Positions 8,880 through 18,500 of a DNA stretch of 64,000 bases are shown piece by piece. This DNA comes from Candidatus Babeliales bacterium (GTDB lineage Bacteria; Babelota; Babeliae; Babelales; JANWKD01). Both the position numbers and the translations under genes were made by a program. Numbering within the stretch: position 1 is the first letter of the stretch; each line of letters begins with the position of its first letter. The notes below the pieces were generated by a model, which saw nothing but the letters and a program-made list of their open reading frames with translations, was not told where the DNA came from and ran no database searches. The stretch lies in the NCBI GenBank assembly GCA_963722075.1, contig CAVRJM010000001.1:1210864-1274863 (forward strand). The letters run 5' to 3'.

Positions 8880-8990
8880 GGGGGCGTACAGCTTCGACGC
8901 GCTCATGAAAACGGGAAGGGGATGCCGAGTTTCGACTGATTTCATTTTCAATATCACGAGCTTGTAAAAAGAAAAACTCTTGATTCAAAC
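8880..8990 (+). pseudogene. orphan 5' fragment of a second tmRNA gene
   Basis: GGGGGCGTACAGCTTCGACG...GGATGCCGAGTTTCGACTGA...CTTGTAAAAAGAA parallels ssrA positions 7093-7170 (GGGGGCGTACTGGCTTCGACG...GCATGCCAAGTTTTGACTGA...CTTGTAAAAGAA). No tag ORF or 3' tRNA-like half follows. Confidence 0.5.
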
Positions 8991-9038
8991 AAGCTGTTTT
9001 AGGTATACTTAAATTAGGTATGATAAAGGGAGGGTACC

Positions 9039-9425
9039 ATGAGATCACATTTTAATTTTACTTTTCTTTTTTTGCTTTTCATAAATTTCTTTTTTAATAG
9101 CTACTCATTTGATATTGGTGCTGATGATGAAGGGTTTGAAGATATTTTTAGTGAAGATATGGGTGGCAGAGTAAATTTTTCTGAGGATATTATTAATCCT
9201 GAAGTTGGTCCAGACCAAAAAAAGGAAGAAGCGCCACGTCCTATTGAATATCCTGAAGTTCGTTATAAAGTTATTAATCCGGAACAGGAAATTAGTGAGC
9301 CAGCAGTTGATACGTCTATAAAAATTCCTTTAGAAGATGTTCCTGTAGAAGATATTTCTTTAGAAAATGATGAAAGTGATGGAATTGTAACAATTCCTGA
9401 GCTTGAAATTATTGAAGATCAATAA
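9039..9425 (+). CDS. acidic secreted hypothetical protein
   Basis: 128 aa with GGGAGGG upstream. The N-terminus is hydrophobic (FTFLFLLFINFFFNSYSF) and the body is rich in E, D and P. Confidence 0.5.
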   Translation: MRSHFNFTFLFLLFINFFFNSYSFDIGADDEGFEDIFSEDMGGRVNFSEDIINPEVGPDQKKEEAPRPIEYPEVRYKVINPEQEISEPAVDTSIKIPLEDVPVEDISLENDESDGIVTIPELEIIEDQ

Positions 9426-9448
9426 TTGCATAGAGATAAAAATGAAAA

Positions 9449-9484
9449 GGGCCGATATCAGTAATGATATCGGCCCTTTTTTTT
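9449..9484 (+). terminator. rho-independent terminator
   Basis: An 11-bp perfect stem (GGGCCGATATC / GATATCGGCCC) with a 6-nt loop is followed by a T8 run. It lies immediately after ORF 9039..9425. Confidence 0.7.
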
Positions 9485-9491
9485 ATAATGA

Positions 9492-10617
9492 CAGGACTTA
9501 CGCATAAGTAGCACCAATATAACGATCTAATCGAGTGAACATACGATTTAGAGAAGAAGGATTTTTATTCTTAAAGGCTGTGATAGCGGCTTCTGGATTC
9601 TTATAAGAATCCAATTGAGCGATTGAATAAGCTAAGAAGACAGCGCAGATATGATCAAATTGCGTAACTATTTTTCTGGAAAAGCATTCTTGAAGGCCTA
9701 AGCTTTGCTTAGAAGTTCTGATTAATTTTTCTATTCCCCAACGATTTTTATAATTAGTAGCATGTTGCTTTGGAGTGGCTTTATACGTTGCAGCCTGGTA
9801 AACAATAGTTTCATTACCATGCTTATCAATGCGCCTTACGGCAGTAATGTAAAGGGAAAGACCATGCCAAACAATGGTTATAGTGCGAGCCATCTGCCGG
9901 CCCTTTGGGCGTATTTCTTTAATTTCATGCAACTTTCTTTTTTTCCCTTTATATTCAACTACACGGTTACTATGCATACGCACTTCGGTTGCAATATTAT
10001 TTTCTATAGCCCATTTTAAATATTCCACCGAAGCAAATGCACCATCCAAAACTGCAATAATTCTTGCATTGGGAAAAAGTTTTTGAGCTTCGATGATAAA
10101 TAGTTGTACCGTGATTATTAATGCTTGCTTGGGATTCTGATAAAACTCTTTTCCAAATGTAAAAACAGTATTGATTGGCACAGTAAATTTACCATCGGAA
10201 ATGGCACTAATAAGCAATTTATATGCGTTAATGGATCTACCAATTTTTGTGTCAAAAAACCAACACGTACCATCCATCATTTGGGAGTAAATTTTCTTAA
10301 TAGTTGTTTCATCTATGATTACTAATAGCTCTTTTTTATGAGCAAAAATTTGTTGGGCAATTCTTTTTGATTGTTCAAGGCTTTCACGTCCTGATCGCAA
10401 CATGCGATTAACAGTGTCACCACTTTTTTTGATGAGCTTACCCATATTTTCAAAACTTCTTTTTCCAATATTGGTAAGGATTGTAAGTAATGGATAAGTT
10501 GCTATATTATTAACAATGATCATTTAGGTTCTCCTTCGATTTAGTTGTTTTAGGAGAGCCTATTATTTTTTTAAAATACGTCTAGATCATATCTTTAAGT
10601 TATTTGCGCAAGTCCTG
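9492..10617 (-). mobile_element. insertion sequence (IS4 superfamily), copy IS-a
   Basis: Terminal inverted repeats are CAGGACTTACGCA (left) and TGCGCAAGTCCTG (right). They are flanked by the direct repeat TAATGA (9486-9491 and 10618-10623). A single transposase ORF lies inside. Confidence 0.75.
9498..10523 (-). CDS. DDE transposase, IS4 superfamily
   Basis: 341 aa. The signature Y-x2-R-x3-E-x6-K is present as YKNRWGIEKLIRTSK. Confidence 0.85.
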   Translation of the reverse strand: MIIVNNIATYPLLTILTNIGKRSFENMGKLIKKSGDTVNRMLRSGRESLEQSKRIAQQIFAHKKELLVIIDETTIKKIYSQMMDGTCWFFDTKIGRSINAYKLLISAISDGKFTVPINTVFTFGKEFYQNPKQALIITVQLFIIEAQKLFPNARIIAVLDGAFASVEYLKWAIENNIATEVRMHSNRVVEYKGKKRKLHEIKEIRPKGRQMARTITIVWHGLSLYITAVRRIDKHGNETIVYQAATYKATPKQHATNYKNRWGIEKLIRTSKQSLGLQECFSRKIVTQFDHICAVFLAYSIAQLDSYKNPEAAITAFKNKNPSSLNRMFTRLDRYIGATYA

Positions 10618-10688
10618 TAATGAAGCTGCTAGCGCGGATAAAAAACAGGCGAGAGATATAATTATTTCAATTAATTTGACTCATTTTA

Positions 10689-11921
10689 CTTAAGTTTGGA
10701 CAACTTCATTGTTAATAACTCCTAAAGGCATCAAACGCAATATACTTAGCCGAAATATTGTCGCGCAGGTAAAATTGAACTTGGCATATTGCTTTCCTAA
10801 GCTTGTGACGAGTATATGAATAAATCATATTAAGCAGAACATGCAATCCACTGAATTTGAGCCGCTCGCGCTTAGAAAGCACCTGATTACGTACTATTTC
10901 TCCAATCAAAATCAATAAGTTGTAAGCTATTAAGCCGATTAGAAGCAATTTATGAAGATTATTCACCGTTTTGTTCATAAGTTTTGTAAAGCCCAATTTA
11001 TCTTTTATGTCTTTGAAACTTTCTTCAATTTTCATACGTTTTTTATAGTATTTTAAACCTTCGCATGGTTCACAATTTGTAATTACATATAAAGCTTCAT
11101 GCATATTGGATTGCCATTCAGCAGCTATATTTACTTTGACATTTCCCTTATAATAAACTTCTTTCCAATTCTTCTTTGAACCTCGTGTAATAGAAATATC
11201 GATTTTACGGTACTTTTTATCAGTTATATTCACTGTATGCCTTCCAGAATTAACTTTTAAGCGTATTGCATAATGAATTTGACGTGTGGTAAAGAATTTA
11301 ATCATCTCTTCATTAGATAATTCTCGATCAGCAATAATTATCTTATTGCAAAGCAAGTCAAATAATGGCTGTAAGGCATTTTGTAGAAACTTCCATTTGC
11401 CAATATTAGTCTGATCGATTGTTGAAGAGGATATTATATCTGCGAATATCACTTTTGATCGTCCTTTGAATGGTACACTTAATGCCAAAATATTGTACCC
11501 ATGCGTTTTTCCATCTTTTAAATAACCAACATAATTAGTTTTATTAGCGCCTTTTCGAACCATCTCAGTAAAATCCAATAATATCATTTTGCTTGTTGAA
11601 TCAATAAATGTTAAAAGAGCTTCTGACAGCTGCGATACATCTAGCTTATTAAGCATCCTCGTAATCTTTTTATAATTCGTTTCATAATTGCCGGGCAACG
11701 CTGCAGAAATACTGGAAATTCTAAGTCTTCTTGTTTGCTGAAAGCTCCAAATCATTGATCCGATCAATTCTGCGAATTCTATTTTGAATATTTTTAGTGA
11801 ATTAATCATTTTTATGATACAATTTTTAGCAATCATGATTTCTCCTGATTTTGGCGTTTTTTCTTGTTTTTTAAAAAATACACCAGATCAGGAGTTTCTT
11901 CTATTTATGTCCGAACTTCAG
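10689..11921 (-). mobile_element. insertion sequence (IS4 superfamily, different family from IS-a), copy IS-b
   Basis: Imperfect 14-bp terminal inverted repeats are CTTAAGTTTGGACA and TGTCCGAACTTCAG. They are flanked by the direct repeat ATTTTA (10683-10688 and 11922-11927). Confidence 0.7.
10712..11836 (-). CDS. DDE transposase, IS4 superfamily
   Basis: 374 aa. The Y-x2-R-x3-E-x6-K signature is present as YKKRMKIEESFKDIK. Confidence 0.85.
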   Translation of the reverse strand: MIAKNCIIKMINSLKIFKIEFAELIGSMIWSFQQTRRLRISSISAALPGNYETNYKKITRMLNKLDVSQLSEALLTFIDSTSKMILLDFTEMVRKGANKTNYVGYLKDGKTHGYNILALSVPFKGRSKVIFADIISSSTIDQTNIGKWKFLQNALQPLFDLLCNKIIIADRELSNEEMIKFFTTRQIHYAIRLKVNSGRHTVNITDKKYRKIDISITRGSKKNWKEVYYKGNVKVNIAAEWQSNMHEALYVITNCEPCEGLKYYKKRMKIEESFKDIKDKLGFTKLMNKTVNNLHKLLLIGLIAYNLLILIGEIVRNQVLSKRERLKFSGLHVLLNMIYSYTRHKLRKAICQVQFYLRDNISAKYIAFDAFRSY

Positions 11922-11930
11922 ATTTTAATA

Positions 11931-11960
11931 TTGACATTTAAAATAAATTAATTTTAACCT
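11931..11960 (+). promoter_or_regulatory. putative promoter (TTGACA-N18-TAACCT) of fibre paralog 1
   Basis: The block TTGACATTTAAAATAAATTAATTTTAA(C/T)CTATCTTAAT is duplicated upstream of both paralogs (also at 15494). This conservation is the main evidence. Confidence 0.3.
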
Positions 11961-12023
11961 ATCTTAATTCCATTAAAATACAAAAAAGAGAGTATACTTT
12001 TTAAAAAAAGGAAAGAGGGTTAA

Positions 12024-15000
12024 ATGAAGAATAGAAGGCTTAAAGTCTTTATTGCCAGAATGGTGATGGTAGGTTTGCTTGTGCAACATGCTGTGCCGTT
12101 GATGGCTGCCTATGAACAAGATTCAGTAAGCGAACAACCAGCTGAAAACTTACCGATTAAGAATAAAAGAGTAAAATCAGAAGACTCTATAGATCCTCAT
12201 GCGCTCATACCAACTGCCGATACGAGTGAACAAATAGTAGTTATTGATGATGAGCAGTTAGAACATTTTATTGCATCTATAGTAAAAACCGTTGCTAGAA
12301 ATGGAACACAGGAAACATTGTCAGAAGAAATGATGATTTTTTGTGAACAATTACTAACCGGTAAAAAAGAATTTTCAGTTGGATTCTTGTGCAAAGTTGT
12401 TCCTCAATTATTAACGCTCGCAAATAAAAGCATGGAAGAAGAACGTGCCATGCGACCGAACGTTGGGTTTCAAGATGGGTCAATAGTTGGTCCATTACTT
12501 TCTTGCAACTTTGACCAAGTTCTTGCCTTGCTTCATCAAATTTTTAATTTTTTAATGCAATGTTGTGCTACCATAGAATTTGATTTAAATGGTGTGTTTA
12601 CCTTATTAAATACTGATTTTAATGGAACCTTTACCTTTCTTAATGAAATAGAAAATACCTTAACTACGTGCTGTGCTACCATAGAAAATGATTTAAATGG
12701 CGTATTTACCTTATTGAATACAGATTTTAATGGAACTTTTACTTTTCTTAATGAAATAGAGAACACCATAACTACATGCTGTGCAATTGTAGAAAATGAC
12801 TTGAATGGGGTATTTACGTTATTGAATACAGATTTTAATGGAACCTTTACCTTTCTTGATGAAATAGAAAATACCTTAACTACGTGTTGTGCAATTGTAG
12901 AAAATGATTTGAATGGAGTATTTACGGCACTTGCAGCTTTAACAGTAACGGTTACGGTTGATTTTACGGATGTATTCACCACGCTTGATGATATTAATAA
13001 TACACTAACTACCTGTTGCGCAATCGTAGAAAATGATTTAAATGGCGTATTTACCGTACTCAATACTGATTTTAATGGGGTTTTTACCGCATTAGCTGAT
13101 TTATCAGTAACGGTCACGGTTGATTTTACGGATGTATTTACCACACTTGATGAAATTAATAATACATTAACTACTTGCTGTGCGATCGTAGAAAATGATT
13201 TAAATGGTGTCTTTACCGCCCTCAATGATATAAGTACATCGTTTACTGTTGATATTACAAATATATTTACCACACTTGAGGATATTAATAATACATTAAC
13301 TACGTGTTGCGCGATTGTAGAGAATGATTTGAATGGCGTATTTACGGTATTAAATACCGACTTTAATGGTACCTTTACTATGTTAACAGATATATTTAAT
13401 ACCCTGACTACTGGTTGTGCATCAATTACACCTTGTAATCCTGTCTTTATTACTCAGGCAGATGTGGGAACGACTGGTTATACCATTACACAATCTGGAG
13501 TGTACTTTCTAAAAGAAAATATTGTATTTAGTCCAGCAACAATATCTGATGCCATTACTATAGAAGCTGATGATGTGCAATTAAATTTACAATGTTTTAT
13601 TTTATCACAAGGTAATGCGCAACCATCTGTGACTGGTATTGTTGTTGTGCCTGGGGTTAATAGCACTACTATCGAAAATGGTACCATCTCGGGATTTACT
13701 AATAATGGTATTAGTGTTGATCTGAGTGTATCGGATTTTACTCTCTTAAATACTGTTATACGTCGAAATGGCTCTGGTCTATTTTTAGATGGAGTAGTAG
13801 GATCCCCTGTTTCAAATTTTATTGTTAGAAATGTGGAATTTAATTCCAATCTTATTGGGTTGGTTATGACAAATGCTAATAATGGGATTATCCAAGGTTC
13901 AATTTTGTCACGTAACAAAACTGGTATAATGATGACTGATTGCTCTGGCAATGTTATTTCACAATGTGATATTAATCAAACGGTACAAACTGATCAGGAA
14001 AGCGCGTATGGTATAATTGCTCAAGGGGGATCTAATAATCGATTTGAAAGATGTATAATCGATGGCACTTCAACAATGGCAACCACATCAGCATTTGAGG
14101 CAACTGGTTTGTATATTGGGAGTGATGAGCAAGGCGATCTTATTGTGTGGAATCAAATAAGCAATTCAACGACATCTTCAAATGCTTTTGCCTATGGTAT
14201 CCATATGGATTACACCTTTATTGGGACTAGTACAGAAGGCATGCCGAGCATTGTAAGTACTAATACTATTATGAAGCTTGCTTGGTCACCAAGCGATAAA
14301 TACTTAGGAGTCAATTTTGGCTTTTCGGAAAAGATATACGAATTTGACCTTGCTAATGATCAATTTGTACAAGTAGCAAGCGTTACAACACCAAGTGCTA
14401 CTTCTGGATTAAGCTGGTCACCTGATGGATCATTTATAGCTTTTAGCGATCAATCGGGTGCGATAAATATCTATTCATTTGCCGGTACTACACTTAATTT
14501 TGTAACAAGTTTTGATGTTTCACCCAACATCCCACAAGCTGTCGCATGGTCACCTGATGGGCGATTTATAGCGGTAGGGACATCGGCAGGATCTTCTGGT
14601 GAAGAGATTATATTGGAATTTAATGGATCCTCATTAAGTCAAGTAGCAAGTTTTAGTTCGACCTTTGCACCATTATCAATAGCATGGGCTCCTGAGGGAG
14701 ATTTTCTTGCAGTTGGAACGACCGAAAATGTGATAGTGCTTAAATTTGTATCGGGTATTACTTTAACGCAGGTCGCTATTGCTACTCCTTTTGCACCAGT
14801 ACCTGCAGTTGATTGGGCAGTCGATGGAAGATCGATTGTTACTGCTCAAAATACAGGAACGCAAAAAGTGGTTGTATATTCATTTTCAGGAACATCGCTT
14901 ACTATCCAAGCCACGGTTAATAATTCTATAATCATTAATGATGTAAAATGGAGCCCTGACGGCAACTATGTAGTTATGGTTAGTGATACAGGGGGAGTAA

Positions 15001-15419
15001 ATGATACGCATATATTTAAATATACTGGAGTGTCCTTAGTAGATGTAGCTGATATAAATCATGGTGCTAACATAAATAGTGCTTCATGGTCACATGGCGG
15101 TGCCTACATAGCCATTGGGGGACAACCACCATCTAATGAAGCAGAACAAACGCTCAATCCATTTTTATTCCCCGTAAATATTATTCGTAATAATGAAATT
15201 TATAATATTCATGGACCAGCGCTTGCAGCAGGAATTCCAGGATATTCTACTGGCAGAGCGTTAAGTGCTTCATCTAATACCAGTTTAATTATACAAAATA
15301 CTGCATTTAATAATGATGTTAATTATGTTTTTGTTACTAATACATATCAACAATTTTTAGCAAATACACAAAGTATGTTCCCTAACTTATTATCCAACAT
15401 GTTCTTTCCACCGCTATAA
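12024..15419 (+). CDS. secreted repeat-stalk / parallel beta-helix / 7-blade beta-propeller protein (paralog 1)
   Basis: 1131 aa with a signal/anchor (FIARMVMVGLLVQHAVPLMAA). It has 7 vicinal-Cys repeats. Beta-helix-type repeats include NGTISGF..NGISV, VIRRNGSGLFL and ILSRNKTGIMM. Seven AWSPDGxxIA-type blades follow. The C-terminus is shared with paralog 2 (LIIQNTAFNNDVNYVFVTNT). Confidence 0.85.
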   Translation: MKNRRLKVFIARMVMVGLLVQHAVPLMAAYEQDSVSEQPAENLPIKNKRVKSEDSIDPHALIPTADTSEQIVVIDDEQLEHFIASIVKTVARNGTQETLSEEMMIFCEQLLTGKKEFSVGFLCKVVPQLLTLANKSMEEERAMRPNVGFQDGSIVGPLLSCNFDQVLALLHQIFNFLMQCCATIEFDLNGVFTLLNTDFNGTFTFLNEIENTLTTCCATIENDLNGVFTLLNTDFNGTFTFLNEIENTITTCCAIVENDLNGVFTLLNTDFNGTFTFLDEIENTLTTCCAIVENDLNGVFTALAALTVTVTVDFTDVFTTLDDINNTLTTCCAIVENDLNGVFTVLNTDFNGVFTALADLSVTVTVDFTDVFTTLDEINNTLTTCCAIVENDLNGVFTALNDISTSFTVDITNIFTTLEDINNTLTTCCAIVENDLNGVFTVLNTDFNGTFTMLTDIFNTLTTGCASITPCNPVFITQADVGTTGYTITQSGVYFLKENIVFSPATISDAITIEADDVQLNLQCFILSQGNAQPSVTGIVVVPGVNSTTIENGTISGFTNNGISVDLSVSDFTLLNTVIRRNGSGLFLDGVVGSPVSNFIVRNVEFNSNLIGLVMTNANNGIIQGSILSRNKTGIMMTDCSGNVISQCDINQTVQTDQESAYGIIAQGGSNNRFERCIIDGTSTMATTSAFEATGLYIGSDEQGDLIVWNQISNSTTSSNAFAYGIHMDYTFIGTSTEGMPSIVSTNTIMKLAWSPSDKYLGVNFGFSEKIYEFDLANDQFVQVASVTTPSATSGLSWSPDGSFIAFSDQSGAINIYSFAGTTLNFVTSFDVSPNIPQAVAWSPDGRFIAVGTSAGSSGEEIILEFNGSSLSQVASFSSTFAPLSIAWAPEGDFLAVGTTENVIVLKFVSGITLTQVAIATPFAPVPAVDWAVDGRSIVTAQNTGTQKVVVYSFSGTSLTIQATVNNSIIINDVKWSPDGNYVVMVSDTGGVNDTHIFKYTGVSLVDVADINHGANINSASWSHGGAYIAIGGQPPSNEAEQTLNPFLFPVNIIRNNEIYNIHGPALAAGIPGYSTGRALSASSNTSLIIQNTAFNNDVNYVFVTNTYQQFLANTQSMFPNLLSNMFFPPL
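12561..13412 (+). repeat. in-frame tandem repeat array: 7 units of 36/43/54 aa starting with Cys-Cys
   Basis: Units read CCA(T/I)(I/V)ExDLNGVFTxLNTDFNGTFTFLxEIENTLTT. Counted lengths are 36,36,36,43,54,43,36 aa (284 aa total), built from roughly 11-aa sub-repeats. Confidence 0.85.
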
Positions 15420-15438
15420 TATATGAGGTAGTTAGCAA

Positions 15439-15475
15439 GGGTCTCATCTATTAATGCATGAGACCCTTTTTATTT
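15439..15475 (+). terminator. rho-independent terminator
   Basis: The stem GGGTCTCAT/ATGAGACCC is followed by a T-rich tract directly after the stop of paralog 1. Confidence 0.65.
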
Positions 15476-15493
15476 TTATAAAAATTTAATGTA

Positions 15494-15523
15494 TTGACAT
15501 TTAAAATAAATTAATTTTAATCT
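15494..15523 (+). promoter_or_regulatory. putative promoter (TTGACA-N18-TAATCT) of fibre paralog 2
   Basis: This is a duplicate of the block at 11931. The downstream RBS AAAGGAGAGAGGG is also conserved. Confidence 0.3.
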
Positions 15524-15581
15524 ATCTTAATCCAACACAAAAAAGAGAGTATATTTTTTAAAAAAAAGGAGAGAGGGTTAA

Positions 15582-18500
15582 ATGAAGAATAGAAAGCTTA
15601 AAATCTTTATTGCCAGAATGGTAATGGTAGGTTTGCTTGTGCAACATGCTGTGCCGTTGATGGCTGCCTATGAACAAGATTCAGTAAGCGAACAACCAGC
15701 TGAAATAACCTTATCAGTTCAAGGTAAAAGAGTAAAATCAGAAGATTCTATAAATTCTAATGTACTCATACCAACTGCCGAGACGAGTGAACAAATAGTA
15801 GTTATTGATGATGAGCAGTTAGAACATTTTATTGCATCTATAGTAAAAACCGTTGCTAGAAATGGAACACAGGAAACATTGTCAGAAGAAATGATGATTT
15901 TTTGTGAACAATTACTAACCGGTAAAAAAGAATTTTCAGTTGGATTCTTGTGCAAAGTTGTTCCTCAATTATTAACGCTCGCAAATAAAAGCATGGAAGA
16001 AGAGCGTGCCATGCGACCGAACGTTGGGTTTCAAGATGGGTCAATAGTAGGCCCATTACTTTCTTGCAACTTTGACCAAGTTCTTGCCTTGCTTCATCAA
16101 ATTTTTAATTTTTTAATGCAATGTTGTGCTACCATAGAATTTGATTTAAATGGTGTGTTTACCTTATTAAATACTGATTTTAATGGAACTTTTACTTTTC
16201 TTAATGAAATAGAAAATACCTTAACTACATGCTGTGCAATTGTAGAAAATGACTTGAATGGGGTATTTACGTTATTGAATACAGATTTTAACGGAACCTT
16301 TACCTTTCTTGATGAAATAGAAAATACCTTAACTACGTGTTGTGCAATTGTAGAAAATGATTTGAATGGAGTATTTACGGCACTTGCAGCTTTAACAGTA
16401 ACGGTTACGGTTGATTTTACGGATGTATTCACCACGCTTGATGATATTAATAATACACTAACTACCTGTTGCGCAATCGTAGAAAATGATTTAAATGGCG
16501 TATTTACCGTACTCAATACTGATTTTAATGGGGTTTTTACCGCATTAGCTGATTTATCAGTAACGGTCACGGTTGATTTTACGGATGTATTTACCACACT
16601 TGATGAAATTAATAATACATTAACTACTTGTTGCGCGATTGTAGAGAATGATTTAAATGGTGTCTTTACCGCCCTCAAGGATATAGGTATAACGTTTACT
16701 GTTGATATAACAAATATATTTACCACACTTGAAGATATTAATAATACGTTAACTACGTGTTGTGCCAATATTGAATTCGATTTTAATGGCATATTTACCA
16801 CAGTTACCGATATAATTGCATCAGTATCGACTGATTTTACGCTAGCCCTTACAACGCTAATAGAAATTAATAATACCTTAACGGAATGCTGCGCAAATAT
16901 TACCAATGAATTTAATGGTACCTTTACCGTGCTCAATGATATTGAAAATACCCTTACAACATGCTGTGCAACCGTAGAAACTGATTTGAACGGGGTATTT
17001 ACGTTATTGAATACAGATTTTAACGGGACCTTTACCTTTCTTAATGAAATAGAGAATACCTTAACTACGTGCTGTGCAATTGTAGAAACTGATTTGAATG
17101 GGGTATTTACGCTATTAAATACCGATTTCAATGGTACCTTTACGGTACTTGCAAGTTTAATGCCTGCCTGCCCTAACACAGTAATTACACAATCGGCGGT
17201 AAATGCGAGTGGTGGCACCTATACCATTTCTAATCCTGGTAATTATTCTTTATCTTCAGATATTACCTCAACAGCAGCAACCATTATTGTTATTGATGCT
17301 GATCAAGTAACGTTAGATCTGTGTGGACGTTCAATTATTGGGGCCGGCGTAGATAGTGGTGATCAAATTGGAATTACCGTAGAAGCGGGCCTTTCAGATA
17401 TTGCAATCACGAATGGTGATATAACTAATATGAGTATGGACGGTATTTTTGTAAATAGCGGCGTTTCCGATTTAAGCATAAGCAATATTGCGGTAAATAA
17501 TACCGGAAGATCAGGTATTAATCTTGAAGGAAACAGTGAATCATTAATTACCGAAGTAGTTATTAATAACTGCACAATTTCTTTAACGGCAACGGGGGCT
17601 ACAGGAATTGCAGGGCTAGTTTTAAATAATTGTGATACGGTAGCGGTGCAAGGTGGAAATTTTGATCGTAATGGATCACTAACTAATGTTGCAGGAATAT
17701 TAGTTAATGCATGTAATGATTGTGTAATCGATGCAGCCACTATGAATCTTAATACCAGTACCGGGTTATTATTAGTAGATTCTCAAAATTCAGTAGTCAA
17801 TAATGTGGTAATATCAAGAAACACGGGAGCAGGTATCGATCTTTCAGGAAGCTCATTTAATACATTTAATAATTGCGCTATAACGCGTACTGTTGCAACT
17901 GCTAATAACAGTGCTTATGGTATTAGAGCATTAGGCGGTGGTAGCAATAGATTTGAAAATTGTATAATTGATGGTACCTCGACTGCCGCAACAAGTTCAG
18001 ATTTTGAAGCAACAGGTATCTTGATTGGTAGTGACGAACAAGCGGATATTATTATAAATAATCAGGTCTCTAATTCTACAGCTTCATCATCAGGATTACC
18101 ATTTGGCATTCATATGGATTATACCTTTACTGCATTAAGTAATTCAAGCCTTCCATCAATTACTATTGGCACTACTATTGATAAAGTAGCATGGTCTCCT
18201 AATGATAAATATTTGGCAGTAAGTTTTGGAACTTTGTCTACAACCATTGCAGTTTATGCATTTGATAGAGATATCTTAGATTTAGTACAAGTCGCTACAG
18301 TTGCTCTTACTAACGCATGTCAAGATTTAGCGTGGTCCCCTGATGGCACTTATTTAGCAACGGTTGAGCCAAATGGTGTTAATGGTTTATTGCGAGTGTT
18401 CTTATTTAATGGTGTAAGTCTAAATCAAATAGCAACAGCAGCAGTAGGAACCGATGGTGGGGTTCCTGAATCGGTAAGTTGGAATGCTAATGGTAGATTT

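Noticed and set aside
8797-9048. 83-aa minus-strand ORF.
   Set aside because: It overlaps the tmRNA-like 5' fragment and the RBS and start of ORF 9039. It has no start context or recognisable features.
9762-10325. Three plus-strand ORFs (85, 70 and 66 aa) inside IS-a. Also 49113..49424 inside or next to IS-c.
   Set aside because: They are antisense to well-supported transposase genes and have no motifs.
12536-13273. 245-aa antisense ORF in paralog 1. The 373-aa counterpart 16097..17218 and the ORFs 13478..13951 and 17363..17740 are the same kind.
   Set aside because: These are mirror-image frames of the tandem repeats (periodic KSVxNxVNTPFKSFSTIAQ). They are fully contained in well-supported sense genes.
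12561-17150. Possibility that the regular ~108-bp tandem repeats are a CRISPR array or a DGR target.
   Set aside because: The repeats are contiguous with no unique spacers. They are in frame within long ORFs and encode a conserved peptide unit. No cas genes, reverse transcriptase or template repeat are present in the window.
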